DNA of 64,000 nucleotides, from assembly GCA_038230375.1 (NCBI GenBank), contig JBBRNJ010000036.1:18555-82554 (forward strand). The letters run 5' to 3'. The DNA is from Polyangiales bacterium. GTDB lineage: Bacteria; Myxococcota_A; Polyangia; Polyangiales; Polyangiaceae. This document shows positions 27,553-38,800 of this stretch, piece after piece. The notes beneath the pieces were generated by a model. It saw only the letters and a program-made list of their open reading frames with translations. It was not told the origin of the DNA and made no database searches. Numbering within the stretch: the stretch's first letter is position 1; each line of letters begins with the position of its first letter. Position numbers and translations under genes: made by a program.

Positions 27553-29130
27553 TCAAACGCCCGAGTAGACCGGCAGGCGCACCGGCGTCGAGCGCGTTCG
27601 CGGTTCTCCTCTCGTCGTGGCATGCGCGAGCGCCGCATCCGGTTCGCGCGCGAGCAGCTCATCGCGGTAGCGCAGGTGGCGCCGCCTTGACACCTCGACC
27701 AGCGGCCGCCACATGGCGTGCACCGCGCGATTGCGGATCAGCGTCGGCCAGAAGCGGTTCGCGCGTTTGTAGAGGTAGCTCATGGCCAGGTACGGCGCGA
27801 CCGCATGCATCGACTCGGGGCGGCGGCGAAAGATCGACGCGTGCGAGAAGAGGCGCTCGTAGATCCACGCGTAGCCCTCCTCGAGCGCCTCCGGGGTCAT
27901 GTGCTTGGGGCGGAAGACCGCATGCGCCGTGTCGTAGAGGTCCCAGTTCTTGTGGAGGATCCGGCCCTCGCTCTCCATCTGTCGATAGAGGGGTGTACCC
28001 GGATAGGGCGTGAGCACGTGGAACGTCGCGCACTCGAGCCGATTCTCTTCGACCCAATCCGCGGTGCGCGCGAACGCGTCGGGGCGATCGTGATCAAAGC
28101 CGAGCACGAAGCTCCCGTTCACCTGGATGCCGTAGTCATGAAGGATGCGCGTGCGGCGTGCGTAGTCCTCCGGCCGCGGCGTCTTCTTCTTCGCCATCTC
28201 GAGGTTCTCGCCCGTGAGGCTCTCGAACCCTACGAAGACGCCCGTGCATCCGGCGAGCGCCATCTCGCGCACCAGCGATGGATCGTCCGTCACGTCGATG
28301 GTGACGGCGGCGCTCCAGATCTTCTTCACCGGGCGGAGCGCGCGGCAGAGCGCGCGAAGGTACTCGGGGCGCGAGCCCAGGTTGTTGTCAACGAACACCG
28401 CGTACGGCTCGTCACTCTCTTCCAGCTGGCGCACGACGTGGTTCACGTCCGCCATCTGGTAGGGCATCGAGATCCCGTCGGTCGCGAGGTAGCAGAAGCC
28501 GCAGCGGTTGTGACAGCCGCGCGTCGCGATGATGCTGAGCGTGGTGAGGAACGACTCTCGCGGCAAGATGTCGCGCCTTGGTGCCGGCTCCTCGCGGTAC
28601 GGGCGCCGGTAGCTGCCTTCGTAGCGAGGCGCCAGCTTGCCCGCGGAGAAATCCTCGAGGATTTGCGGCCAGAGCTGCACGCCTTCGCCCACGGCAAGCG
28701 CGTCTGCATGCGGCGCGCATTCCTCTGGCGACGACAGCACGTGGAGGCCGCCGAGCACCACCTTCGCGCCGCGCGCCCGATAGAAGGCAGCGAGCTCGAA
28801 GGCACGGCGCGCAAACGTGAGGTGCACGGAGATGCCGACGATCTCCGGGAACGGATCGAGCGGCGGCGGACCTTGGAGGACGTTCTCGTCCCAGTAGCGC
28901 ACGGTCCACGACGGCGGCGTCGCTGCGGCGATGCTGGTGAGCGCGAGCGATGGGGTGAGCACGTGCTTGCCAAGGCTCGCGTGCTGGTCCTTCGCGTAGA
29001 ACGGATTCAAGAGGAGAGCGAGGCGCGGGGTCGCGGGCGGCGCCACGGCATCCTTGGAGAGCTCCGGAGCCACGCGCATGTCGAGGGGGAGGTACATGGA
29101 CAGTTGGACGCATCGCGCGCCGGTTTTCAT
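27553..29130 (-). CDS. B12-binding domain radical SAM protein
   Basis: VGISVH, VVLGGLH, VGEG, TRGCHNRCGFC (CxxxCxxC), FVDNN, GFES, FVLGFDHD, TPYPGT. Start may be 29097 or 29079. Confidence 0.92.
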   Translation of the reverse strand: MKTGARCVQLSMYLPLDMRVAPELSKDAVAPPATPRLALLLNPFYAKDQHASLGKHVLTPSLALTSIAAATPPSWTVRYWDENVLQGPPPLDPFPEIVGISVHLTFARRAFELAAFYRARGAKVVLGGLHVLSSPEECAPHADALAVGEGVQLWPQILEDFSAGKLAPRYEGSYRRPYREEPAPRRDILPRESFLTTLSIIATRGCHNRCGFCYLATDGISMPYQMADVNHVVRQLEESDEPYAVFVDNNLGSRPEYLRALCRALRPVKKIWSAAVTIDVTDDPSLVREMALAGCTGVFVGFESLTGENLEMAKKKTPRPEDYARRTRILHDYGIQVNGSFVLGFDHDRPDAFARTADWVEENRLECATFHVLTPYPGTPLYRQMESEGRILHKNWDLYDTAHAVFRPKHMTPEALEEGYAWIYERLFSHASIFRRRPESMHAVAPYLAMSYLYKRANRFWPTLIRNRAVHAMWRPLVEVSRRRHLRYRDELLAREPDAALAHATTRGEPRTRSTPVRLPVYSGV

Positions 29131-29187
29131 CCCCCGCTCGACCGCGTCTGGCGACCGTTCGACCCCAGCTCGGAGCCGAGTGCTTCC

Positions 29188-31224
29188 TCAGCGTGTCGCG
29201 TCCTCCAGGAACCGCGCGGTCCGGGTGAGGAGCTCGATCTTGGTCTCGCGTCGATCGACCGTGTGGCCTTCATTCGCAGCGACCATGTATTCTACATGTA
29301 TCTGGCGAGCCCGCAGCGCACGCACGACCGTATCGGACTCCGCCCGCGGCACACGCGGATCGTTCTGGCCGGCATAGACGAAGAGCGGTGAGACGATCTT
29401 GTCGACGTCGCGCATGGGATTGAAGGCGTCCAGGAGGGCAGAGTCACGATCGAGATCGCCGAACTCCTCGACAAAATAGCTGCGGATCCCCGCATCGGTG
29501 GTGCGAAGGAACTGCTTCAGGTCGGCGACTCCGTAGAGGTCCACGCCTGCACGCCAGCTCGCCGGTTGGCGCGTGAGTGCCATCAACGTGGTGTAGCCGC
29601 CATAGCTCTGACCCCACACGATCACGCGGGCCGGATCACACCACGGCTGGCTCTTCGCCCATGTGTTGACGCTCGCCAGATCCTTCAGCCAGTCAGCGCG
29701 CTTCTCCCGATTGTCCGCCGCCTCGTAGGCGCGACCAAAGCCGGTGGAGCCGCGCACGTTCGGCTCGATCACGGCGTAGCCAAGGCTCACGAAGAAGCGC
29801 GCGAACGGGCTCCAGCGCACGGCGTAGCTCGTGGACGGGCCGCCGTGGAAGATGGCGATCGTCGGCAGCTTCTGATTCGCCTTGTCGCGCGGCAGATAGC
29901 GGTTCACGGGAATGGTGAGGCCGTCGAACGCGGGCACCTTGTCGATCGTGACGTCGACCTTCGCGAGCACGTCGAGCCCCGCCCGCTTGTCTGCGCGTAG
30001 CGGCTTGACGGTGCCGGTCGCCACGTCCACGGCGAAGGGATCGGCCGGGTGATCGGGCTCGGAGATCAGGATCGAGAACTCCTTCCCGTCGGCTCGAAAG
30101 CTCCCGATGTGGATGTCGCCGAGCGGAACCGTGACGTCGCGGATCGGCTTCAGCGTCCTCGCAGACAGGATGCGTACTTCACCGTGATTTCCCGCGTCGA
30201 CGAGCGCGGCGAGCACATCACCCTTCGGCGCGACGACAACGGAGAGAGCGCCCGTCTTCGGCGATTCGTTGACGTAGCGCCCGAGCTCCTTGCCTGTCTT
30301 CGCGTCGAGCGCGAGGAGCACGGAAGACTCTGCGCCTTCGTCCGTGGCGATGAAGATGCGCTTCTCGTCCGCGGAGTACGCTGCGGTGGATACGGCGGCC
30401 TTTTTTCCTTCCGGCGGATAGACGCGCCGCGCCTTGCCCGTGGCGATCTCGATCTCGGTGATGACCGTATCTGCGGGCGAGCCGGAGTCGTAGAAGAGCA
30501 CCCGCGCGCCGTCTTGTGTGACGTCGCTGGCACCACCTGACCTGTGTGCGGTGAAGACGAGGCGGGCGGGACCGCCGCTCGTGCTCTGCGTGAAGAGCAT
30601 CGAGTCGGGCGCCGTCACGCGCGCTGCGGAGTAGATCATCGTATCCGGCTTCTTCTTCGGCAGGAGCGGCTCGTCGCGATGCATCTCCTCCGGCGTCAGA
30701 TCGACAGCGTTCGAGCCGTCGGTGTTCGCGCGATAGATGTGGTGGTTCTCGTTGCCGGCGTGGTCGCGCAGAAAGAGGATCGCCTTGCCATCGACCGTGT
30801 ATTTCGCCCAGATCGCGCGCTCCGGTCCCTTCGTGATCGCGACGGGTGTCGCATCTGGCGCGCCTTCTTCGCCCGCGTAGATCTCGGGGACGCCGTCACG
30901 CGTCGAGCCGAAGAGAAAGTGTTTTTGATCGGGCGACCACTCCGCGACGGTCGACGAGAAGAATCCGTTCCAGTTCGGATATGCGTCGACGAGCGCGCGG
31001 GCGAGCGGTTCGCGCGCCGCGTCGCGGGATCTGTCGGCGCCGGTGAGCGTGGTCGGGTCGGACGTCACCGGCGGAGGCACGGGCGCTGCAGATGCCGCGG
31101 CGGACCCAGGTGCGCTTGCGATGCTCGGTACGAGCGGAGGTGCAGATGGTGAAGCAGGGGGCGGCGCAGGCTCTGCGCAAGCGACGAAGACCGCGGCGAA
31201 GACGACGAAAGGAGGCGTGCGCAT
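29188..31224 (-). CDS. S9 family (prolyl oligopeptidase-like) peptidase, lipoprotein
   Basis: FVAC lipobox, beta-propeller repeats, HGGP, NVRGSTGFG, GQSYGG, NDPRVP, NEGH. Confidence 0.92.
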   Translation of the reverse strand: MRTPPFVVFAAVFVACAEPAPPPASPSAPPLVPSIASAPGSAAASAAPVPPPVTSDPTTLTGADRSRDAAREPLARALVDAYPNWNGFFSSTVAEWSPDQKHFLFGSTRDGVPEIYAGEEGAPDATPVAITKGPERAIWAKYTVDGKAILFLRDHAGNENHHIYRANTDGSNAVDLTPEEMHRDEPLLPKKKPDTMIYSAARVTAPDSMLFTQSTSGGPARLVFTAHRSGGASDVTQDGARVLFYDSGSPADTVITEIEIATGKARRVYPPEGKKAAVSTAAYSADEKRIFIATDEGAESSVLLALDAKTGKELGRYVNESPKTGALSVVVAPKGDVLAALVDAGNHGEVRILSARTLKPIRDVTVPLGDIHIGSFRADGKEFSILISEPDHPADPFAVDVATGTVKPLRADKRAGLDVLAKVDVTIDKVPAFDGLTIPVNRYLPRDKANQKLPTIAIFHGGPSTSYAVRWSPFARFFVSLGYAVIEPNVRGSTGFGRAYEAADNREKRADWLKDLASVNTWAKSQPWCDPARVIVWGQSYGGYTTLMALTRQPASWRAGVDLYGVADLKQFLRTTDAGIRSYFVEEFGDLDRDSALLDAFNPMRDVDKIVSPLFVYAGQNDPRVPRAESDTVVRALRARQIHVEYMVAANEGHTVDRRETKIELLTRTARFLEDATR

Positions 31225-31324
31225 GGCACGCATCCTAGCCTTCTCGCGCGGCAGATTCTCGCCGATGCAGCTCCGGTCCCGGAAAGAAATTTCCGAAGGA
31301 ACGCCAGATCGCCGCACGTTTCGA

Positions 31325-31340
31325 CGGCATGCGCGGTGCA
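31325..31340 (+). promoter_or_regulatory. Candidate sigma-54 promoter
   Basis: CGGCATGCGCGGTGCA with GG-N10-GC spacing, 35 nt upstream of ATG 31376. Confidence 0.4.
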
Positions 31341-31375
31341 TGAGCGTGGCCTCACACGGAGTGAGGAATCAAGTC

Positions 31376-32209
31376 ATGAGTCACAAGTTCTTTGGGGCCA
31401 TCGCGATCGCAGCGCCCCTCGCGCTCATCGTTGCGTGCTCGGGCACCAGCATCAGGCCGGGCTCCGACACCGGGTCCACCGACCCGACCGCAGACGGCGG
31501 ACACGGCGGCGGCACATCCGGCGGTGATGCGGCGACTGGTGGCGGTGGCGGTGGCGGCGACGGCAGCTGCACGCCTGCATGTGCAGAAGGCTCCGTCTGC
31601 ACGAACGGCACATGCACCGTGTTGCCTTCGATGTGTCCGTGCCCCACCGGCTCGTACTGCGACCTCTCCACGAACTCTTGCAAGGTCGGCTGCACCGATG
31701 CCTCGCAGTGCCCGGCGGGCGCCACCTGCGACACCAGCACGCGCACCTGCCAGAAGCCCAAGCCCGCGCTCGCCGGCTGCCCGATTCCCGCCGGCACCGC
31801 GGTCGACGGTGGCGTGGGCACGTGCAATGGCGTCACGCCGCTGGGCAAGGATGTCGCGCAGGTCTGCAAGGCAGGCACCATGCCCGTGGCGCACGGCGGT
31901 GTGGTGAAGGACGGTATCTACGTGCTCGTCGCGACCGACTACTTCGGCGCGTCGTGCAGCGCGGCCAGCTTCGCGGCGACCGTCTACGTCTGCGGCAACA
32001 CGTGGGGCGTGTCCGAGGGCGCGCAGGTGGCGAGCGCTGCGGTCACCACCAGGAGCGTGACGTTCACGGGAACATCGTTCACGCAGGCGACGACCTGTGG
32101 CGGCAGCGGCAACACCACCTCACCGTATGACGCCACCGACACTGCGCTCACGATCTACACCGCGGATGGAACGGGTGGCGGGTTCGTGGATCACTACGCA
32201 CGTCAGTAG
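31376..32209 (+). CDS. Cys-rich lipoprotein
   Basis: ATG 31376 after GAGGA. Lipobox IVAC, Gly linker, EGF-like Cys repeats, beta-rich C-terminus. Confidence 0.78.
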   Translation: MSHKFFGAIAIAAPLALIVACSGTSIRPGSDTGSTDPTADGGHGGGTSGGDAATGGGGGGGDGSCTPACAEGSVCTNGTCTVLPSMCPCPTGSYCDLSTNSCKVGCTDASQCPAGATCDTSTRTCQKPKPALAGCPIPAGTAVDGGVGTCNGVTPLGKDVAQVCKAGTMPVAHGGVVKDGIYVLVATDYFGASCSAASFAATVYVCGNTWGVSEGAQVASAAVTTRSVTFTGTSFTQATTCGGSGNTTSPYDATDTALTIYTADGTGGGFVDHYARQ

Positions 32210-32355
32210 CGTCTCCTTGGGGACGCCGCGGAACTCGCCCGACAATCGATCGAGACCCTCATCTTGATGGCGTCGGGCAGTCGAAGCTCGTTTGCCCCAC
32301 GGCAACAGGTGGCGGCGCGCTGGGGCTGCGCTATGGTCCGGCCGGAGGGTGACTC

Positions 32356-33981
32356 ATGCGCTTTGCCACTATCTGCACGGCCAGCTGTGTTCTCGTCGTT
32401 TTCGGGGCGATCCAGTGCGGATCGAACAACACCGGTAGCGGGTTCACGCAGGATCAGGGGGATGGCTCGGCCGGCGACGAGGGCGGCAATCCGCTCGGCT
32501 TCGGCATGAAAGATGGGTCGTTCGACGGCCCGCCGCTCGTCGTCGACAAGTGCCACGTTCCGCCCGACAACGGCAATGCGCCCACGTGCACCACGCCTGC
32601 CGCGCCGCCGAACTCGTTCAGCCCCGTGCTGAAATGGAAATGGATGGACCCCACGCCCAGCAGCATCGGCGTGTGGACCATCCCGCTCGTCGCCAACCTC
32701 ACTGACGACGACGGCAACGGCGAGGTGAACCTCTGCGACATCCCCGACGTCGTCATCGAGTCCGCGGGCAGTGGCGAGTTCTCTCGCACCGGGCGGCTCT
32801 ACATGCTGCGCGGAAGCGATGGCATGGTCGAGTCCACGTTCGCTGACACCATCGTGGACGGCGACTCCACGCCTGCGATCGCGGATCTCGACAACGACAA
32901 GATCCCGGAGGTCATCGCCATCGACAAGGCCGGTCACGTCCTCATCTTCGACAACAAGGGCGCGGTGAAGAACACCGGTGACGTCGCGCTCGCCGCGACC
33001 GACATGTACAGCTCGTGCGGCGCGATCTCCGTCTACGATCTCGACGCCGACGGCAAGCCCGAGATCATCTACGGCTTCGAGGTCTTCGACAACAAGGGCA
33101 AGAGCAAGTGGAAGATCACAGCACCGGCCGGCCCGGGCTTCTGGTGTCCCACTCCCATTGCGGCGGACCTCGACGGCGACGGCAAGCTCGAGGTGATCTT
33201 CGGCCACGGCGCGTACCACGCAGATGGCTCCGTCTACTGGACCCTGCCCGGTATGCCTGGCTCACCGCAGGTCGCCAACCTGGACGCGGACCCGCAGCCG
33301 GAGGTCGTCATCGCACGCCAGGATGGTCTCGTGGTGCTGGAGCACGACGGCAAGGTGAAGTTCGGCCCGGTGCAGCCCTTCGATCCCGGCGTCAGTCCCC
33401 AGTGCTGGGACAAGCCGGCGGCCATCCACGACTTCGACGGTGACGGCCATGCAGACCTCGCCACCTCCAGCTGTAGCCACTACGGCATCTTCAACGTCAC
33501 GGCGACGGGCCTCACGCCGCTCTGGTCGAACGCCGTCAACGACAACAGCGGCATCGCATCCAGCACGGGCTTCGATTTCCTGGGTCGCGGCATCGCGGAC
33601 GCGGTCTACGGCGACCAGGTCTCGCTGCTCGTCTACGACGGCAAGACCGGCAAGTCGGAGCTCACGCAATCACGTTCGTCGGGCACCATCATCGAGTTCC
33701 CCGTCGTCGCCGACGTCGACAACGACGCCTCGGCAGACATCCTGGTCGTGTCGAACAACGGGGCGTACCCGGCACTGCAGGTGTTCCAGGACGCGCAGAA
33801 GCGCTGGATTCCCACGCGTCGCATCTGGAACCAGCACGCCTATCACGTGACCAACGTGCGCGAAGACGGGACCATCCCCAAGGTGATGCCCAACAACTGG
33901 CAGCTCCTCAACACGTTCCGAACGAACGCCGAGATCCAGCCCGGCGGCACCTGCGCGCCGCCCGCACCGAACACGAAATGA
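32356..33981 (+). CDS. FG-GAP/VCBS repeat (Ca-binding beta-propeller) lipoprotein
   Basis: Repeated DLDxDGxPE motifs, GFDFLGRGIADAVYGD, EFPVVADVDND, RRIWNQHAYHVTNV. Confidence 0.88.
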   Translation: MRFATICTASCVLVVFGAIQCGSNNTGSGFTQDQGDGSAGDEGGNPLGFGMKDGSFDGPPLVVDKCHVPPDNGNAPTCTTPAAPPNSFSPVLKWKWMDPTPSSIGVWTIPLVANLTDDDGNGEVNLCDIPDVVIESAGSGEFSRTGRLYMLRGSDGMVESTFADTIVDGDSTPAIADLDNDKIPEVIAIDKAGHVLIFDNKGAVKNTGDVALAATDMYSSCGAISVYDLDADGKPEIIYGFEVFDNKGKSKWKITAPAGPGFWCPTPIAADLDGDGKLEVIFGHGAYHADGSVYWTLPGMPGSPQVANLDADPQPEVVIARQDGLVVLEHDGKVKFGPVQPFDPGVSPQCWDKPAAIHDFDGDGHADLATSSCSHYGIFNVTATGLTPLWSNAVNDNSGIASSTGFDFLGRGIADAVYGDQVSLLVYDGKTGKSELTQSRSSGTIIEFPVVADVDNDASADILVVSNNGAYPALQVFQDAQKRWIPTRRIWNQHAYHVTNVREDGTIPKVMPNNWQLLNTFRTNAEIQPGGTCAPPAPNTK

Positions 33982-34065
33982 CGTTTGGCTCTCCGGATGG
34001 GAGCGAGCCCAAACCTTGCGTGTTTCGCGCTTGAGCTTGCATTACGGGTTCGTTACCTTCAGCCG

Positions 34066-34443
34066 ATGTTCCAACGCATCGTTCTGTCGCTCTCTCTGCT
34101 CCCGCTGTTCGGATGCAGCAGCCTGAACCCACTGCCCGAGAAGCAAGCATCGTGTGATCTGCGCCCGGCGGAGGACCAGTGCACCGACCTGCGAAAGTAC
34201 AAGGGGGCAAGCCTCATCACGTTCCAGGGCGTCTGTGGAACGCTCACGTCCGCGAAGCCCGGAGCCACAGGCTACAAGGAGGACGCGACCTGTCCGGCAA
34301 CTGGGATGCTCGGAGGATGCCAGGCGAGCAGCAACGACGGCTCGCTTCAGACGAACTGGTACTACACAGGCAAGAAGTACAAGACCGCGGACGACGCCAA
34401 GGCGCAGTGCAGCTCCGACCAGACGTTCGTCTCGCCGCAGTGA
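34066..34443 (+). CDS. Small six-Cys lipoprotein
   Basis: ATG 34066. Lipobox LFGC, six further Cys. Confidence 0.75.
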   Translation: MFQRIVLSLSLLPLFGCSSLNPLPEKQASCDLRPAEDQCTDLRKYKGASLITFQGVCGTLTSAKPGATGYKEDATCPATGMLGGCQASSNDGSLQTNWYYTGKKYKTADDAKAQCSSDQTFVSPQ

Positions 34444-34499
34444 TGCAGCGGCGGAGTTCGTTCCGGCTGAGCCGTCGTAATCTTTGGGGCGAACAATGA

Positions 34500-34635
34500 G
34501 GCTTCCTTAATTAAACAACGTGTATCGCCTCGAGGCACGAAATCGATTTTTACCGACGAAATCGATGGGTTTTTGCCAATAATGTTACTTGGCATTAATG
34601 TTCTTTCGCTCGCTGTAATCTGGCGTTAACTCCAG
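34500..34635 (+). promoter_or_regulatory. AT-rich control region upstream of RND operon
   Basis: Direct repeat ACGAAATCGAT (34537, 34556) and inverted repeat TGCCAA-N9-TTGGCA (34574-34594). Confidence 0.55.
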
Positions 34636-34641
34636 CGCCGG

Positions 34642-35817
34642 ATGATGTGCCGTTGCCTGCGCGCTCCCGCGCTGCTGCTTTTTCTATTCCTGCCGGCCAG
34701 CGCGGGTTGCTCGAAGCCGCCCACTGCGCACGCCGTGACCGAGGCCCCGCAAGGGGAGGTCTGGCTCACGGACCAGCAGGTGGCCGAGGCTCAGCTCAAG
34801 GTCGACATGCTGACAGAGCAGGATGTCGACGACGTGATTGCCACCAGCGGCAAGGTGACCTTCGACGACGCTCGTGTCTCTCACATCTTCTCGCCCGTGT
34901 CCGGTCGCGTGTCGCGGATCAACGCGCAGGCCGGTCAGCGGGTGAAGAAGGGCGACGTGCTCGCGGTCATCGAGTCGCCCGAGATCGGCATGGCCTCCGC
35001 GGACGTCCACAAGGCGGAGGCGGACCGGATCGCCGCGCAGCACGATCTGGATCGCCAGAAGGAGCTCCTCGACGCACACGCCACCTCCATGCACGACTAC
35101 GAGCAGGCCCAGGACGCTGCGCGCAAGGCGAAGGCGGAGGTGGAGCGCGCGACGCAGAAGGCGACGCTGTTGCGTGCCGGCTCGGCCGACGTCGTGACCC
35201 AGACCTACTCTGTCCGCGCGACCATCGACGGACAGGTGACCGCGCGCAACATCTCGCCCGGCGTCGAGGTCGTGGGCCAGTACTCGGGAGGCGGCGCCGT
35301 GGAGCTCTTCACGGTGGGCGAGCTCGATCGCGTCTGGATTCTTGCCGATGTGTACGAGATGGACAGCGCGCGGGTCATCGTTGGCTCCAGGGTCAACGCG
35401 CACCTCTTCGCGTTTCCCAACCGCACGTTCCCCACCACCATCGAGTGGGTTTCAGGCACGCTCGACCCGTCGACGCGTACGGCAAAGGTGCGCTGCGTGA
35501 TCGAGAACACAGACCGCGCGCTCAAGCCGGAGATGTACGCGACGCTGCGGATCTCGGTCGATCAGCGGAAGGTCCTGGCCATCCCGCGTAGCTCGCTCCT
35601 CCGCCTTGGTGAGCAGACTGCGGTGTTCGTCGAAAAGGGCAAGACCGCGGACGGGCGACACATCTACGCGAAGGTCCCCGTGGTCGTGGACGAGGCAGAG
35701 GGCGCGCCGTGGCTCCCGCTGTCGCAGGGGCCATCCAAGGGTGAGAAGATCGTGACGGCCGGCGCAATTCTCCTCGCGGGCGGTCTCTCTGCCGCGCCCG
35801 CCGACAGCGCAAGATGA
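34642..35817 (+). CDS. RND efflux periplasmic adaptor subunit (CzcB/CusB-like)
   Basis: Lipobox SAGC, SPVSGRV, GQRVKKGDVLA, LDPSTRTAKVR, LKPEMYA. Confidence 0.92.
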   Translation: MMCRCLRAPALLLFLFLPASAGCSKPPTAHAVTEAPQGEVWLTDQQVAEAQLKVDMLTEQDVDDVIATSGKVTFDDARVSHIFSPVSGRVSRINAQAGQRVKKGDVLAVIESPEIGMASADVHKAEADRIAAQHDLDRQKELLDAHATSMHDYEQAQDAARKAKAEVERATQKATLLRAGSADVVTQTYSVRATIDGQVTARNISPGVEVVGQYSGGGAVELFTVGELDRVWILADVYEMDSARVIVGSRVNAHLFAFPNRTFPTTIEWVSGTLDPSTRTAKVRCVIENTDRALKPEMYATLRISVDQRKVLAIPRSSLLRLGEQTAVFVEKGKTADGRHIYAKVPVVVDEAEGAPWLPLSQGPSKGEKIVTAGAILLAGGLSAAPADSAR

Positions 35818-38800
35818 TCGAACGCCTTGTCGCCTGGGCGCTCCGCGCTCCGATCCTCGTATTCTTCCTCGCGGTCGGACTGATCGGCGCGGGCGCGTGG
35901 TCATACAAGGAGCTCGACATCGAGGCCTACCCGAACCCAGTGCCGCCGCTCGTCGAGATCCTGGCCTTGCCGGACGGCATGAGCTCCGAGGACGTGGAGC
36001 GTTACGTCACCGTTCCGCTCGAAATTGGCCTCTCCGGAATGCCGGGGCTCGATCACGTTCGCAGCCAGTCGCTCTTCGGCCTGTCGGACGTGAAGTGCTA
36101 CTTCAAGTGGGGAACCACCTACGAGCAAGCGCGTCAGGAGGTCTTGAACCGCCTCAACATCGTGAAGCTGCCCGAGGGAGTCGAAGCGGGCGTGAGCCCA
36201 TGGAACGCCATCGGCGAGGTGTTCCGGTACGAGCTGAAAGGGCCGGGGTTCAGCCTGCGTGAGCTGAAGACCGCGCAGGACTGGATCCTCGAGCGGCAGT
36301 TCAAGCAGGTGCCCGGCGTCATCGACGTCGTGAGCTTCGGCGGGCAGACGAAGCAGTACCACATCAACGTCGACCCTTTCCGGCTGCGCGGCTACGGCGT
36401 GAATCTCGAGCAGCTGATGAACGCCGTGAGCGACGCAAACCAGAACGTCGGCGGTCAGAGGCTGACGCTCGGTGAGCAGGCCTACACGATCCGCGGCGTG
36501 GGCCTCGTGCGAAATGTGCACGACATCGAGGCCATCGTGATCGCCGCACGCGCGGGGGTTCCCATACGCGTTCGCGACGTCGCGCAGGTGGAGCTTGGCG
36601 GCGCCCCGCGGCTCGGCATCGTGGGCCACGACGGCAACGACGACATCGTCCAGGGCACCGTGCTCATGCGGTACGGCGGACAGACCGCCAAGACCCTGAA
36701 GGGGATCCACGAGCGCGTCGAGTTCATCAAGAAGAACCACCTGCTCCCGACAGGAATGGACATCGCCCCGTACTACGACCGCGGCAACCTGGTCGAGCTC
36801 ACCACGCACACGGTGATCGAGAACGTCGTCGTCGGCATGGTGCTCGTGACGATCATCCTCGTACTGTTCCTGGGGCATGCGCGCGCCGCGCTCATCACGG
36901 CGCTCAACATCCCCCTCGCGTTGCTCGTCGCATTCGCGGGAATGGTCGCGACCGGCACGCCCGCGAACCTCATCTCCATCGGCGCCGTGGATTTCGGCAT
37001 CGTCGTCGACTCCACCGTGATCATGATGGAGTCGATCTTCCATTTCCTTGGACCACACGGCCGGGGGACCATTCAGGAGCGCATCCTCGCGGGCGCACGG
37101 CAGGTCGCGCGACCCATGGCGTTCGCGACGCTGATCATCGGCGTGGCGTTCTTGCCGCTGTTCACGATGACGGGCGTGTCTGGCGTCATCTTCTCGCCCA
37201 TGGCGCACACCTATGCGTTCGCGATCGGCGGTGCGATCATCCTTGCGCTCACGCTGACGCCTGCGATCACGAGCAAGGCGCTCTCCATCGGCACGGAGGA
37301 GCAGGACAGCTTCGCCACGCGTCAGGTCAAGAAGCTCTACACGCCCATCTTCAAGCTCGGCGTGAAGCGGCCATGGATCGCGCTCGGCATCGGTCTCGTG
37401 CCGGTCGTTGGCGGCCTGGGGCTGTTCACCGCGCTGGGCGGCGAGTTCATGCCGAAGCTCGAGGAGGGCAACCTCTGGATCCGTGCGTCCATGGAGACGT
37501 CCGTCTCGCTCGAGCAGTCGGGTCGCTATGTCGGTCGCATGCGCGCCATCCTTCGTGGTTGTCCGCCTGCACCCACCGAGTGCACCGACCAGAACCGCGC
37601 CCATCCCGAGGTGGTCACCGTGATCTCCCAGCTGGGCAGACCCGACGACGGCACGGACGTGGCGGGGTTCCAGAACATCGAGCTGTTCGCGCCGCTCAAG
37701 CCGAACGATCAATGGCGCAAGGGCATGACAAAGGAGCGCCTGACCGAGGAGCTGTCGCACCAGCTGGTAGAGGCATTCCCCGGGGTGGGCTTCAACTTCT
37801 CGCAGATGATCTCCGACAACGTCGAAGAGGCGATGAGCGGCGTGAAGGGCGAGAACTCGATCAAGATCTTCGGTCCCGAGGTGAAGGAGAACGAGCGCCT
37901 CGCTGACAAGACCGTCGCGATCCTCGAGGGCGTTCGCGGCGTCCGCGACCTGGGCCTTGTGCGGTCCAGCGGCCAGCCAAGCATCAAGATCGTCCCCGAC
38001 CGCCAGGAGTCCTCTCGGTATGGCTTGAACACCGGAAACGTCGAGAGCGTCATCCAGGCCGCGATCGGCGGCAAGGGCATCACACGCGTCTACGAAGGTG
38101 ACCGCACGTTCGACCTGACGGTCCGCTGGCTCATGCCCTATCGCGACTCGGTCGAGACCATCAAGGAGCTCATGATCTTCGCCCCCGACGGCACGCCGGT
38201 GCCCCTGGGCCAGATCGCGCAGGTGACGATCGAGGACAGTCCCTCCGTGATCTTCCGTGAGGACGGGACGCGCTACACGCCCATCAAGTTCAGCGTGCGC
38301 GGCCGCGATCTCGAGGGCACCATCGCGGAGGCGCAGGCCAAGGTGACGGACAAGGTCAAGCACGACGACTCCGTCCACCTGGAGTGGGGCGGCGAGATCA
38401 ACGAGCTCCGCGAGGCGCAGCACCGGCTGGCGTTCATCATCCCTGCGACGCTCGTCATCATCGCGCTGCTCGTCTACGGGTCCGTGCGGAGCTTCTGGAA
38501 TACCGTGATCGTGCTCTTCAACATCCCCGTGGCATGCGCGGGCGGAGTGCTCGCGCTCTTCGTCACGCACCTCAACTTCTCGGTGTCGGCGGCGATGGGA
38601 TTCATCTCGATCTTCGGCATCGCGATCCAGGATGCCATCCTCGTCGTGTCCCATTTTCAGCGCGTCCGCGATCCCGAGAAGCAGGGTCTGTCGGTCGAGG
38701 AGCACGACGTCGCCGATCAGCTCGCTGCGCAGGCGCAAGCAGACCCCGAGCGACACCGCAGTCCGTACGACCCGCTCACTGTCGAGGAGGCCGCGCTCGA

